Positions 13,386 to 27,158 are shown, counted from the first letter of the stretch. The stretch: DNA of 64,000 bases from Octopus sinensis (GCF_006345805.1 NC_043011.1:33554464-33618463); one strand, 5' to 3'. Notes: a model not told the origin generated them from the sequence alone. Made by a program: numbers and translations.

Positions 13386-13654
13386 TATTATTATTATTAT
13401 TATTGTTGTTGTTGTTTTTATCATAATTATAATTATTCTACGAGTTGGCAGAAGCGGGGGAAAATACTTGGTAACATTTCGCCTGTCTTTACGTTCAAAT
13501 AACGCCGAGGTCGACTTTGCCTTTCATCATTTTGGGGGCGATAAAATAAGTGCCTGTTGAATAAGTGCCTGTCGATGTAATTGATCACCCCCTCCTCTGA
13601 AATTGCTGGCCTTGTGCCAAAATTTGAAGTCACTATTATTATTTTTTTGTTTTT

Positions 13655-13965
13655 GAATTTGACTCAGGCTCGGTCTTCTTATTCCTGCTGGATTTATGTG
13701 AGTAGAGAGTTACTGCTTGTAACGTTAGATCTCCACTAGTTTCCAATAGGGCTTCAAGTGCATGGAACCCTCCTGATAATCTTTCCTGTCCCTAAGAGAC
13801 AAACTTTCTGTAGAAGCCATACTGGACATTCTATTCCAATCTCTCTCAACCATTTGTCTATATCTTTGCTAACTGTTCCCAATGCACCAATTATTATAAA
13901 CACAACCTTTGCACTTATCATATTCCAAACTCTTACAACTACACTTTTTCATATTCCAAGTTATT
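13655..13965 (-). pseudogene. 3' end of a second R4/Dong-like element
   Basis: The minus strand gives VWNMISAKVVFIIIGALGTVSKDIDKWLREIGIECPVWLLQKVCLLGTGKIIRRV, the typical IIGALG...LQK..LLGT..I.RR C-terminus. A short UTR and an AAT-rich tail follow. Confidence 0.8.
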
Positions 13966-13968
13966 GCA

Positions 13969-14075
<107 letters not shown>

Positions 14076-14076
14076 C

Positions 14077-14290
14077 ATTTTATGGAGATGTACTTGCATA
14101 GCGAGTGACTTGATCTAAGATCGTGTCCTGGAACGAAAACAATTGCAGCGTGGAAGGTGTTTATAAGCCATTTAAGAAACACACAAAACCGTTAGATTCA
14201 CTTCAACATTTAAATTTAATTTGTCAAAATATTTTCGTCGCTTTGAAACCGCGACCTGTTCACTGACAAAGCTTCGTGCTGCATTTCTGT
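14077..14290 (-). mobile_element. Element of about 210 bp in (ATT)n carrying a hammerhead ribozyme motif
   Basis: Complex sequence island between ATT/GTT repeats that contains the motif at 14220-14270. Confidence 0.6.
14220..14270 (-). ncRNA. Type I minimal hammerhead ribozyme, G3:C8 core variant
   Basis: Reverse complement: UUUGUCA GUGAACA G GUCGC GGUUUCAAA GCGAC GAA AAUAUU U UGACAAA. It has a 7-bp stem I, a 5-bp stem II and a palindromic stem III. Confidence 0.75.
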
Positions 14291-14324
14291 GTTGTTGTTG
14301 TGATTTTTATTATCATTATAATTA

Positions 14325-14385
<61 letters not shown>

Positions 14386-14404
14386 CATCATTATTATTAT
14401 TATT

Positions 14405-14792
14405 GAGTGGCACTAGGGTAAAATATACAAATCCCAGTATACCCATCATGACTACCTGTTTGATAAGGGTACACCAACCAGGCACATGTAGAATAATAAT
14501 AATAACACCAACAAGAACAACAACAACAAAAACAACATATGCCATATGTGCGCGACATGGTGATCTCATATCAAGATAAACAGCGCATGACCTTGCAGGT
14601 GGGGCCCAGTTAGAATTTTCTTCTGGTCGAGTAGCCCATCTCGCTTAAAAGGTCCCTGGATAAGGATTGTTTAAGGATGTTGAACGAACCACCCATGTTT
14701 ACAAAGGCGAATTATCCAAACCCCAAAGAATTCCAATCAACACACGGCTATGATGCTCCCCCACTAATTCTGCTCATAATCAGAGATGCACA
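14405..14792 (-). mobile_element. Partial copy of the (AAT)n-associated 555-bp element
   Basis: The reverse complement matches the 3' two thirds of 8162-8715, with an internal AAT/AAC tract. Confidence 0.85.
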
Positions 14793-16039
14793 TACAAGTC
14801 AGACAGATGGAAGAATTCTCAGTCACAGAGAAACTTCTTGAGCTCTAACTGCAGAAACATAGAGAAAATTATTATGGTTTACTCGGTGTCAATTGAAGAA
14901 GCGTTATCTCTCTAAATATCACTCTATTTCAGAGCTTTATCTTCGTTCAGCTCTTACTCTCTTATTTCGCCATCCTTTTCTCTTTCACTTTCTTCTGTTC
15001 GTCTTAATATATCTCTGTCTACTCGCCTGACTGCCTGTCTCACTCACTGGCCGTAGGCTATTTCTCTCTCTCTTTTTCTCTCCTATTCCCCTTCTCTCTT
15101 TCTCTGCCTCTCATTATGATAAAATTGCTCTAAATACATAATTTGTTAATCAAAGACAAGACGATTACTGCTTGAATACCGTTGATGCATCAAGACAGGG
15201 TTAAACAAACAATAACAGTTCATTTTTAAATGGAGGAGTCTTTAGAGCCTTTAACAAAATGCTTTGGTGATATTTGTTCAGCTTCTCCAAGTTCTGAGTT
15301 CGAATTCCGTCCAGATCAACTTCACCTTTCATCCTTTCGGGGTTGATAATGCACCATTCCAGGACAGAGCATCGCTAGAGACGCGTGGACATCGGGAGAG
15401 GTGCCTTGTGGTATTTGTTCCATTTCTTTACCTTCAGTTCTGAAGTGGGAGATTTAACTCTTCATCCGGTTTAACACTACCATCTGAAACCTTGAGTATC
15501 TTTCGCTGAATGTGCATTTGTGGAAAGCATTCAGGTAGAGCTTAGGTTTGAGGGTAACTTCGTTTGTTCAACCCATCAGTTTCAGAGTCCTCGAAAAAGA
15601 TTAAAATATTATGTATCATGGACGCTACCCATTCTTCCATGAGTAAACCATAAAAAAATCACAAAACCTGTGTTACATATTCTTTTCTTTTAAATACAGT
15701 GATACATACACACACATGTACAGCGCGTGTTCACAGGCACATGCACATGCGCACATATATGTGTATGACACAACTTCTTCCTCTTCCGGTCATTTAAGCA
15801 TACTTTAACAGTATATTAATTTTCAAGCAGAGTTCATGTTTTTAACGCTTGTGATATAGTCATATTGAATGGTACTGCCAGGTGTCGAAACCATAAAGAC
15901 AGGCAGCTGATGATAGGAATATATGCTTGCTGCATTTGTTGTCTGTGATCTTTTGCAAATGGTGTTCTCGTTGTTCCAAGTTGTCCTTCGTAGGGTTAAT
16001 TTTGTTAAAGGATTCTTAGTCTCTTGGTTTAATTCAGAC

Positions 16040-16205
16040 ACGTTTTTTTCTCCTCTCCAGCATTTTTCTCTCCTCATCTTTCCTTTCTGCAGAAGAGTGT
16101 AAGCTCGAAACGTTAAATACTTCTTCCATTGTTCCTGACTGTTAACCTTATAGACCTTGTTTGTTGTTCTTTCACCAAGCCTTAATGTTTTCTTTATGTT
16201 TGGAC
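16040..16205 (+). mobile_element. Short hammerhead-motif element (family H1)
   Basis: CTTT CTGCAGA A GAGT GTAA GCTC GAAAC GTT AAAT at about 16083-16118. Confidence 0.6.
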
Positions 16206-16606
16206 CACATATAATTATATATCTGTCAGTGTATGAATCTATGTGTGTGTGTATAAACATATATTTTTCGATCGAACAAATAAACTCTACTATACGCATT
16301 GAGTACTATTTACCGTTTGTATTCTCAAACGTATTCTCACAAAATACATATGTATATACATGCATACATCCAAACAATTATTTATATGGCTGATTGTAAA
16401 TGTGTGCACATTTTCTCCTGGAATAGGAAGGTTGTATGAATGAGAAGTGTCAATACACCTAACATACTGAAGACTGCTGATTGCAAGGAAGAGGGTGAGA
16501 GAGAGTGAAGAAGAAGGATAAGTGGAAAAGGAGGGGAAGGAGGAGAGGGAGGGGAGAGAGGAAGAAATCCTACCACTTAATCGTATTTGGATTAGGTAGC
16601 AAAAAT

Positions 16607-16678
<72 letters not shown>

Positions 16679-16740
16679 CAGATAGATAGATAGATATGAA
16701 CAAAACGGTAGACAACCGTTAAATAAATTTATGTTTAAAT

Positions 16741-16786
<46 letters not shown>

Positions 16787-17172
16787 CAGATAGAATATAA
16801 ATATTTGTATGAATATAAATAGACAGAAAGAGAGAGTGAAAGAAACAGCGAAAGAGAGAAAGAGAGACGGAGTGAGAGAAGAAAGAGAGGGAGAGAGTGA
16901 TGAGTTAAAAAAAGAAAAACAAACAAAACAAGTAGATTTGAGGACAATTGGAAAGAAACTATGAACAACGGAAATGAATCTTGTTTCAAAAGTAAATATA
17001 GTAAAAATCAAACCAAAAGTATGCATATCAAACAAAAGGTGATTATTTTAACGCTCTTTCCGGAATATTCCAATAACACGTGACTTACATTCACGAACAT
17101 AGTCTGTGTGTCTCCAGGCATCACTTAATATTCTACTCACTGACCGGTCATGTATTATCATCATCATCATCA

Positions 17173-17206
<34 letters not shown>

Positions 17207-18040
17207 CATTATTATTGTTATTATTATTATTATTATCATCATCATTATTATTATTATTATTATTATTGTTATTATTTGTTTAATAGTTATTTATTTTAGT
17301 AGATGGTTTTGTTGTAGAGTTATCTGTTTACCATATTGATGTCGTTATTGGCTACGCATAAATGAATTGTAATAGTTTAGGATTAAATGAGATAATAGAA
17401 GAATGAGTTGGGATATTTATGTATGTCTTTCCGGTCGTAAGTTAAAAAGAAAATGGCGGCGACAAGCAATGAAAATCCACCATATCACAAACTTCCTCTC
17501 GTCCAAGGGATGATTTTTTTCTCTCTATTTTTAACCTTTTATCTTTAAATATATTTTACATGTTTCAGCCACTGAATTGTCGCTATCAGGGAAACACCGC
17601 CTTAAAAGGTTTGGTCGAGCAAATTGACACCAGTACGTATTTTCTTTAAAGTCTGGTAGTTATTCTGTTGGTGACTTTTGCTGAACCGCTAAGTTATGGG
17701 GAAGGAAACAAACCAAAACCAGTTATCAAGCGGTGGTGGAGGACAAGTACAACCCAAGCCCAAAGACGTACACACATTGATGTAAACAGATACATGCGTA
17801 TATGTGTGTAGGATAGTCGGGCTAAATGTAATATCTCCGCGTGACTGCTTACTTGCTGCATACCCAATGCTTCTTGCATATTCCATTTACAAATTATGAA
17901 TGTTACGTAATCCTGAGCTTCCTGAAACAGCTGGCGAGTCAAGAGACTATGTATTCTCCTTTTAGTAATCAGTATTTTTAAGCTCTATGTAAATATATTT
18001 GTATATGTATACTTGTGTTTATCTTCGTGAATATAAGTAG

Positions 18041-18119
<79 letters not shown>

Positions 18120-18939
18120 TAATACTAGGACCTCGTTTCTAAATGTTATAGACTTTGATTGTCTTAATTTGAAAGTAGAGTGAGGTGAATGTTAATATAT
18201 AAAGGAATTTATACGATTGGTTTTTTGATAAAATTTTTTTTTTAAATTGTTTTTGATCGGTTTCTTTATTATTGATGCTTTAAAATTTTAAAAACAAACT
18301 AGGATTAGATACCCTTTTATGTTTTAGTGTAAAAACTGATTTTTGAACCCTTTAACCACGGTCATACTATCACTCTTTACCTATAACCAAAGGGGTTGCA
18401 GCCAAGATGACCATCTAGTTTTATTATTCACATTTGTTGAAAGACAGACAGTTGTAGTAGAAGACGTTGAGGGTCAGATTAAATGCGAGGCAGCATTTGA
18501 TTACATCACTTTACGTTCTAACATCAATTCCTACTGAAGTCAACTTTGCCTTTCTCTCTTCTGGGGGTACCGAAACTAACGGTACCCGTGTTAACATTTT
18601 ATGGAGGAGTATCTTTAAACCTAATTAGAAATAATAAGAAACCAGGTAAAGTAAAAAAAGCACATTAGCTTAATGATTAATGCTACTTTAGATAATTTCA
18701 GCATGTACGGAAGTGGGGACAACTCCTGATGCGTTTCGGTTTCATTACATCTCTTTGGCAAATGTAAGTAGTTCGGGAGGTTCACAATTTGTCTAAGAAA
18801 GGCAGACATCTATACACATACACACGCGATAATAGATAGACAGATGTAGGGATAAACAGGCAGGTAGATAAAAAGATTTGCTTAGAGAAATAGTTAGTTA
18901 TATCGACAGACGGACAGACAGACAGACAGACGGACAGAC

Positions 18940-19005
<66 letters not shown>

Positions 19006-20959
19006 TATCACAGTTGGTTAGAGTACATTTGTACAGAGATATGAGTTATATAAGTCATTTTAAAATTAAGTAACATGCTTAACTAAGTGAGTACCAAATC
19101 TTCCTCTAAATATTTATACTATGAAGGAAAGACAAAGCTAAAAATAAAGCACTTATAGTTAGTACGAAAGATAACTCTGGTATGATTCTGCCTCATTAGA
19201 CTTCTTCAGGGAATCAAAGAGTTGGCCATACATTCTAACATAGAAATATAAGAAACATTAAGTAAATATGCAATTTAGTATATTAGTCGGTGTAGAAAAT
19301 TAGCATATTTTACGGGGAAAATTACTCGAGCAAACTACGCAGGAACGCCGTCTGCAAGGAAGACAAAAATAAAGTTTGTGTTAATCTATTTAACGCAGAG
19401 AACATCAAAGAGCTAACAATAAATCATCATATCGTGAAGGGAAAAGCAGCAATTCAGTGTCTTATTAAATCAATGTCTAATTCTATTTCAACTATCTCAG
19501 CGATTAGGGGGGATAACTCCTGGCATATTTCAGTTTCATTATGATCTTCTCAGCAGAGAATAAATGTTACCGCATTTGTGAAAGTAATTATAAAAGAATT
19601 GCTTTAAAAATGTGCAATATTGTTAACTACCCAACCGCGGCAAGTACTGTGTTAGTTATTTAGTCGTTCATAAAAAAAAAACAAAAAAAACATCAAACTA
19701 CCCGTGTTTCGTATTACAAAGGGATGAACACGACTTACAAGCAGGGTATGCACAAGTCACAGTCTCATATGTTCACCTTAGCGACAGTCATATTGAAACA
19801 AAAAGAGAAAAGCTATAAGAAGCTTAAGCGAATCAACAACACATTATATGATGTTTCTTGCGCATTCTAATTGAATGTCACACACTCTCTGTCTCTCCCT
19901 CCCGCGCTCTCTCTCACCCTCTCTCTCTCTCTCTCTCCCTCTCTGTCACCACTATCTCTCGATCTATCTTCCTAATCACCGTCTTTTCCCCTCCAATCAC
20001 TGCCGATGTCTTTCCATCTCTAATCACTCTCTCTCTCTCACAGTTTCCCTTTTCCCTCTCGCTTTCTTCCTCTCTGTCTCTCTTTCTCTTTCCCCCCTCT
20101 CTCTCTCTCATTCTCCTTTCTATCTCGCACTCTCTTATTCTCTATCTCTCTTTCTCGCTATCTCTCTAGCTTCTTCTTCTCTCTCCTCCTCTTCATCAAT
20201 TACTTCCTCTAATCTTTCTTTTTATCTTTGAATATATGTCCCACGCATCCATCATTATTTCTTTCGCGTACAAATGAATTATGGCTACATACGCATATAT
20301 TTATAAATACATACATACACACCAAACATAAAAGCATGATCTAACCCTCCCTTCCTCTCTCTCTCTCTCTCTTTCTTTCTCTCTTTGTATGTATGTATAT
20401 GTGTGTATATAATTATAAATATATTATTTTGTATGTATATATATACATATATATACATATATATATACACACACACGCACCATATACATATAAACACTCA
20501 CAGGCACATATGTTCACACACCCATACATAAGTGTCAATCAACTAATTATTGACTCGTTAAACAGTGTCTGTCTGATGCTATAATTACACCTTAGAGTAA
20601 ATCTAAGATTTTAGACGATACGTACCGTGTAATTAAACTAAATTACACACACTGGACAATTGTAAACAGCTGTCTTTATATAATCTCAATATTTAATTAA
20701 GTAATTGAACTAGCTACCAGCAAGGCGTCATTTATGCAAATTAGTTTCTCCGATTTAGTGGTCTCTTATGTCTTCGTGAACAGCTGCTCGTAGTTTCTAG
20801 ATTTCTGATGAGCTCCTAGTAAGGATTAAAACCAGTCAGACTGTTCTCCCTTTTTTCCGGCCTCAAAGAGATTGTAAAAAGGCATTTATTTATATTTGCC
20901 AGGTATACTTAATTTAGTTTACTGCAAAAACTTGGGTTTACTCTCATATATGTGTATGT

Positions 20960-21042
<83 letters not shown>

Positions 21043-21054
21043 TTCCCCAATTAT

Positions 21055-21340
21055 TGGCACAAGGACAGCAAATTCAGGGAAGCGGGTAAGTCTTTTACAT
21101 CGTCCCCGAAAGGATTAAAGACAAAGTCGACCGCGGCGGAATTTGAAATCAGAACGTAAAGATAGACGAAATACCTATTTCTTTACTACCCACAAGTGGC
21201 TAAACACAGAGAGGACAAACAAGGACAGACAAACGGATTAAGTCGATTGTATCGACCTCAGTGCGTAACTGGTACTTATTTAATCGACCCCGAAAGGATG
21301 AAAGGCAAAGTCGACCTCAGCCTTGTGCTAAAATTTAAAA
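21055..21340 (-). mobile_element. SINE family C fragments
   Basis: CTGGTACTTATTTAATCGACCCCGAAAGGATGAAAGGCAAAGTCGAC. Confidence 0.8.
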
Positions 21341-21600
21341 TCAGCATATACACCTAATATATATTTTAATACAGGTACAGAACTACTATATTTGGGAGGA
21401 GATTGTATATTACATGGAACACAGTAGTTAATTGGAACATAAATTTATCTACGCAGGAAGTATAAAAGATAAAGTCGAGCTAGAATTTGAACACAAATAC
21501 AACACTACTGGTCTAGGAATCGGGGCTACGACCTTGTGATTGTAAACCGAATATTGAAACCAATAAGGCTACGCACCTTTGCAAATTATTTCGGCTAAAC

Positions 21601-21953
21601 AGGCGCAAGAATGGCTGTGTGGTAAGTGGCTTACTTACCAACCACATGGTTCCGGGTTCAGTCCCACCTTGGGCAAGTGTCTTCTACTATAGTCTCGGGT
21701 CGACCAAAGCCTTGTGAGTGAACTGAAAGAAGCCCGTCGTATATATGTGTGTGTGTCTTTGTGTGTCTGTCATTGTTCTTCCCCCCCCCCATCGCTTGAC
21801 AACCGACAAAAATAGCGGTTCGACAAAAAAGACCGATAGAATCAGTACTAGGCTTACAAAGAATGAAACCTGCGGGTCGATTTGTTCGACTAAAGGCGGT
21901 GCTCCAGCATGGCCACAGTCAAATGACTGAAACAAGTAAAAGAATAAAAGAAT
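21601..21953 (+). mobile_element. SINE family B with internal deletions
   Basis: Head and tail match the family consensus. Confidence 0.85.
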
Positions 21954-23561
21954 AACATTTGAAAGAATAAAGATATGAACATATATAAAGTTTGTTCGTT
22001 GGCTTGAAATATTTGGTTGCTACTCGTAGCATGTCAAGTAACCGCTTAGAGTAAAGATAGGGAAAGTTTTTTAGGATCAGTGTTGAATTGCAAGTGCATT
22101 AGCAGACATTAAGACACGTCTCTGAAAAGAAAAATAGTGAAGTCTTTATTTTACTACTTCAGCAATTATTAAATTACAACCATTTGTCTACAGCGAGTAA
22201 TTTTCTCTATGACAAAACACGGTGAATTGTTTGTTTACGAGTTCGAACGTGCCACGAGCAAATTGAAACTGGTAATAACATGTCATTTATTAAATTACTG
22301 TTTTTATCTTAAGTTTTTAACGACTATTTTCAAATTACATTTGAGTTTCTCAAGACACCATCAGCAAGCGGTTTCAGGTTTTAATGTGAAGGTAGGGAGC
22401 TAAGATTTCCTCCGCAACCCCCTCTTAACTAGAAGGTCTCTAATTGACTCGCCTGTTACAGACACATTTCAACAGTCAACTGATGATAAACTAGAAATTT
22501 TTTCAGTGCCTACAGAGTAAAACTGTTCAACCTTGCATTACCTAATTACCAGTCGGTGGACTCGCCCATTAAATAGTTAATGTATGTTTGCGGAAGGTTG
22601 TTCTGATGGAATACACTTATGGTCGAAAGAGTTCCAACTGTGACTATCCATTTTTTAAATTTTTTTCGTCTTTCCTCTGATCAATAGCATTCTAATCAAT
22701 TATGACGATCCATGTTTTCAGCCTTCCGCTTTTACAGACCTATCATCAACGGCACTCTAACTGTGGCCATCCAGTTTATTTTTGCATAGTAGCGTAGCTG
22801 TGTGGGGAAGGAGGGAACACGAGGTGGGAGTTCACTCTAGGGGATGCTTTTGGATTTATTGTATAACCATGTATAAAGTCGCCAGAGGACCAAGAGAACG
22901 ACAAATTCAAGGGCTACCTGAGCGGCACACTCTCTTGCAACGACACTAAATTTTCCATTGCGTCATTTCCTTCATTTTTTCATGGCAGTTGGCTGTTATA
23001 TCGAGAGGGTCATTTGATGGCTCGTTAATATCTAAGTTTCTGTGGTCACATGCACAACGCACAATGCCTGTGACAAGGAACGAACCACCGACCTTTTGGT
23101 AGTGCTTGTCCACACACTCATTACAGTCTGTCGAATATATATGATTGTATATGCGTAAGTATTTAAATACCGCTGTGAAATTAAAAGGAAATACATTGTT
23201 TAGTGCTCAAAAGAGCTCTACTGTCTCCATGCTTCAAGCAGGTGTCAGATTATGGCTGACGGCTGTGTCTGCAATGGTTTCTATAGATTTTAATATAAAT
23301 ATTCGATTTTATCACCATTCGTTTTTTTTTTTTCACACAGACTTAGGTCTTTCGTCTGGTCCATCATATTTTAGTTCATTACGTTATTTATCCTTTTTTT
23401 ATTTTTATACTTTTATTTTTGGTTATTGTTAGACACGAGCTGTACGATACGTGTGTGTGTGCGTGTGTGCGTTTTGAATTATATTCCTTTATTCTTTTAC
23501 AAACTTCAGTCATTAGTCTGCGGCTACACAACACACAATTGTATATATATATATATATATA

Positions 23562-23593
<32 letters not shown>

Positions 23594-23762
23594 ATTCCTT
23601 TAAGAATCACAATACATTACATGTATTAAAGCGCTACAAATACGAATATGATGGAGTACTTTTTTTGTTGAATTTTCTATCACGGATCAGTACATTATTT
23701 ATATATACTTTATTATATATATATATATATTATATATATATATATATATATAATATATATAT

Positions 23763-23809
<47 letters not shown>

Positions 23810-23924
23810 ATACATTATTATATATATATATTATATATATATACTTTAGATAAAGCATATTACTCTACCCCTGCTATTTGAGTACTCTTTTTTCTACCTT
23901 GTTTCACATTTATGTGTTTACTCC

Positions 23925-23982
<58 letters not shown>

Positions 23983-24359
23983 CATACTAGATTTCAGCCG
24001 AAAGATGCTTTAATAATCATGTAAAAATATCTGCATTTTGAAAAGTGTGTGTGTGTGTATATATGTATGTATGTTTTGTTCATTAAGCTTTATTTAAGTT
24101 CTTGTGAAGAGAGTTCAAGCCAGTTGCTAACATAAAGCAACAAGACATTTTGAGTTAAGAGAGTTCCTTGCTCTCGTAAACATGAGGTTGAGTTGGTGTG
24201 ATAGTTGAACTGTCGATGCAAACACCCAAGCGTGAGCATCCATTGACGTAAAGAATCTCAGATGCTGAAACTTTGGAATGACTTACAGATCTTCACTGTG
24301 CCACTAATAGACGGATTTGAAAAAGACTTCAGTCCATAAAGTAGAATATGTTATAGAGA

Positions 24360-24565
24360 GTTGGGAGAAGGGAGCGGGCATTATAGGCCTGGGAGAAAAT
24401 TGTGCACATTGTAGGACTGGGAGTGGAGGGATACATTGTAGTGATAAGAGAAAGGGCGCACGTCGTAGGACTTGAAGAGAAGAGGAGCTTATTGTATGAC
24501 TAGAAAAAGTAACGAACATAGTGGAACTAGGAGAAGGGGACGTACATTGTAGGGCAAGAAGAAAT
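24360..24565. repeat. Degenerate minisatellite, unit about 28 bp
   Basis: About 7 units resembling GGGAGAAGGGGCGCACATTGTAGGACT. Similar units resume after the SINE pair near 25085. Confidence 0.6.
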
Positions 24566-24567
24566 GA

Positions 24568-25050
24568 AAGGCGGCGAGCTGGCAGAAACATTAGCACGCC
24601 GGGAGAAATGCTTAGCCGTATTTCGTCTGCCGTTACGTTCTGAGTTCAAATTCTGCCGAGGTCGACTTTGCCTTTCATCCTTTCGGGATCGATAAATTAA
24701 GTACCAGCTACGCACTGGGGTCGATATAATCGACTTAATCCGTTTGTCTGTCCTTGTTTGTCCCCTCTGTGTTTAGCTCCTTGTGGGTAGTAAAGAAATA
24801 GTTATTTCGTCTAAGAAGGCGGCGAGCTGGCAGAAGCGTTAGCACGCCGGGCGAAATGTGTAGCCGTATTTCGTCTGCCGTTAAGTTCTGAGTTCAAATT
24901 CCGCCGAGGTCGACTTTGCCTTTTATCCTTTCGGGGTCGATAAATTAAGTACCATCTACGCACTGGGGTCGATATAATCGACTTAATCCGTTTGTCTGTC
25001 CTTGTTTGTCCCCTCTGTGTGTAGCCTTTTGTGGGCAATAAAGAAATAAG
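24568..25050 (+). mobile_element. Head-to-tail dimer of SINE family C
   Basis: Two near-identical full units start at 24568 and 24816. Confidence 0.9.
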
Positions 25051-25652
25051 AAGTGAACACTTTATGGAGCAGGTAAAAGAAGGGCCAGAGAAGGGGGCAC
25101 ATATCGTAAGAATGGCCTAAGACCTTGGTACCGGCTTTGTCAACAGTGTCGATCTCATCGGTCACAGATGGTTTGCTGTGGCAATGGGTCGAACCTCTTT
25201 CTTAGATCAAACTATATTTAGCTTTTAATCTTTTACCTTTTACTTGTTTCAGTCATTAGACTGCGGCCATGCTGGGACACCGCTTTAAATTTTAGTCGAA
25301 CGAATCGACCCCAGTACTTCTTTTTAAGCCTGGTACTTATTTTAGCCGTGCCACTCAGGGGACTGAACCCGGAACCATGTGGTTGGGAAGCAAGCTGCTT
25401 ACAAAATACAGCATATAGATAGGAAAATGTAATCACATGAGTCGAAACCGCGTTGCCGTCTACGATTCTTGGCCGAAAACGATAATGTAGGAATGTGACA
25501 TAGCGCTTTCCCTATCGCTAAATACACAATCCGTTTGGTTTGTGAATCCTTGGCGAAATAAATCGATTTTATGTATCATTCTGTATTTATAGAAACATAA
25601 GATCTTTTGCAATAATAATAACAAACTAAAAACCCGTAACAATAAAAGGAAT

Positions 25653-25701
<49 letters not shown>

Positions 25702-25898
25702 ACAACAACAACAACGCCAATAATAACAAAAACGCAACTATAACGATTGCAACAGCGACATTTCAATGGTGTTCTGTTGCTGTAAGCAAGCGCGAGTTGA
25801 GTGGAGTTACCAAATTGTGAAGTGGTCGATACAACAAGCACTTCACAAAATCCTTTAACATAGATGTATGTATGTATGTATGTATGTATGTATGTATG

Positions 25899-25929
<31 letters not shown>

Positions 25930-26153
25930 GTATGTATGTGTGTATTAGCGTGTGTGTGAGGTATGTATGTTTAAATATATATACAAATAAATGTGTGTGT
26001 GTACGTGCATTTATATATATATACATATACATGTGCCCACTCATATATGGTAAGGGACAAGTTGTAAATTATATAACGTGCAGTGCTTTATAAATATATT
26101 GTTCAGGACTATATATATGTTTGCACACACACACATATACTTACATATATGCG

Positions 26154-26193
<40 letters not shown>

Positions 26194-26203
26194 GATATAT
26201 ATA

Positions 26204-26260
<57 letters not shown>

Positions 26261-26329
26261 TATACATACATACATGCATACATACATTCATACATACAAA
26301 TACACCCCCCCACACGCAGATACTCGTAC

Positions 26330-26457
26330 GTTATTAATATCAAACGAACGAAATAAGAGTGCTCAATTCATGTTGTAGAGAATATAATTTTTTTATTAAA
26401 CCTGAAAATGAGTGTTTGTCTCAGGGTTCGAATTTCATGCCAGTGCGATCATCAGGC
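26330..26457 (-). mobile_element. Inverted Penelope-like terminal repeat fragment with hammerhead-like core
   Basis: Reverse complement CGC CTGATGA TCGC ACTG GCAT GAAA TTCGAA. The downstream GAGCACTCTTATTT resembles GAGTACTTTATTT at about 27201. Confidence 0.55.
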
Positions 26458-26851
26458 GTGTATGATAAACTCTGTTATATACGAAACAGAAGTAACCGCA
26501 ACGCTTCAATATAAATCAATTAAAAAGACGAATTACATCGGGTTATGTGAAGGTGAATGCAAAATACGTTATGCAAACCACCTGTCTTGTTTCCGCCACA
26601 CGGACAAAAGCATTGCTACTTAGTTGGCTAGCCACGTATGGAGTTTGAAGCACCGCGCCACACTACATGCAATCAAGTGGAGAATCGTAGAGAAACCGAA
26701 ACCAAATATAAACGGATCTAAGAAATGCTACTAATGCGTAGCAGAAAGATCTCATATTCTTAAATCCAACAATTCCAACACACTGCTTAATTCCAGATCT
26801 GAAATTTTTATCAGGTGTAAACACATGGACAGGTTTCTATTGCTGGATTGA
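26458..26851 (+). pseudogene. GIY-YIG endonuclease C-terminus of a Penelope-like element (two in-frame stops)
   Basis: One frame gives CMINSVIYETEV...NYIGLCEGECKIRYANHLSCFRH...T*LASHVWSLK...IKWRIVEKPKP..NGSKKCY*CVAERSHIL...LLNSRSEIFIRCKH. Confidence 0.85.
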
Positions 26852-27077
26852 AGGACATCACCCGCTCTGAATTGAGTTGCTGTCTTGCAGCTTTTGACAT
26901 ATTTTCTGTCATTTTTTTCTATACCAGCTGTATTAATTGTTCTTTCTGCATTCAGAGAGGACAGGGATCAAAAGGCATCAGCCTTCTCCTTGTTCTTTTC
27001 AATATTTTTTTCAAGCATTTCCTTATTTTTTCACTGTCCAGCGTCCTTATCAAAATATATATATATAATACATAAAT

Positions 27078-27158
27078 GGACCCTGAAAGATTGCGTGGAG
27101 TATTTTATAAACATACCTAGCTAAAGTATCATAAAAGCATGAAACTATTAGTAGCTCC
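27078..27158 (+). ncRNA. Hammerhead ribozyme motif in the Penelope 3' terminal repeat, slightly degenerate
   Basis: GGACC CTGAAAGA TTGC ...long loop... GCAT GAA ACT ATT AGT A GCTCC, about 230 bp downstream of the GIY-YIG stop. Confidence 0.6.
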
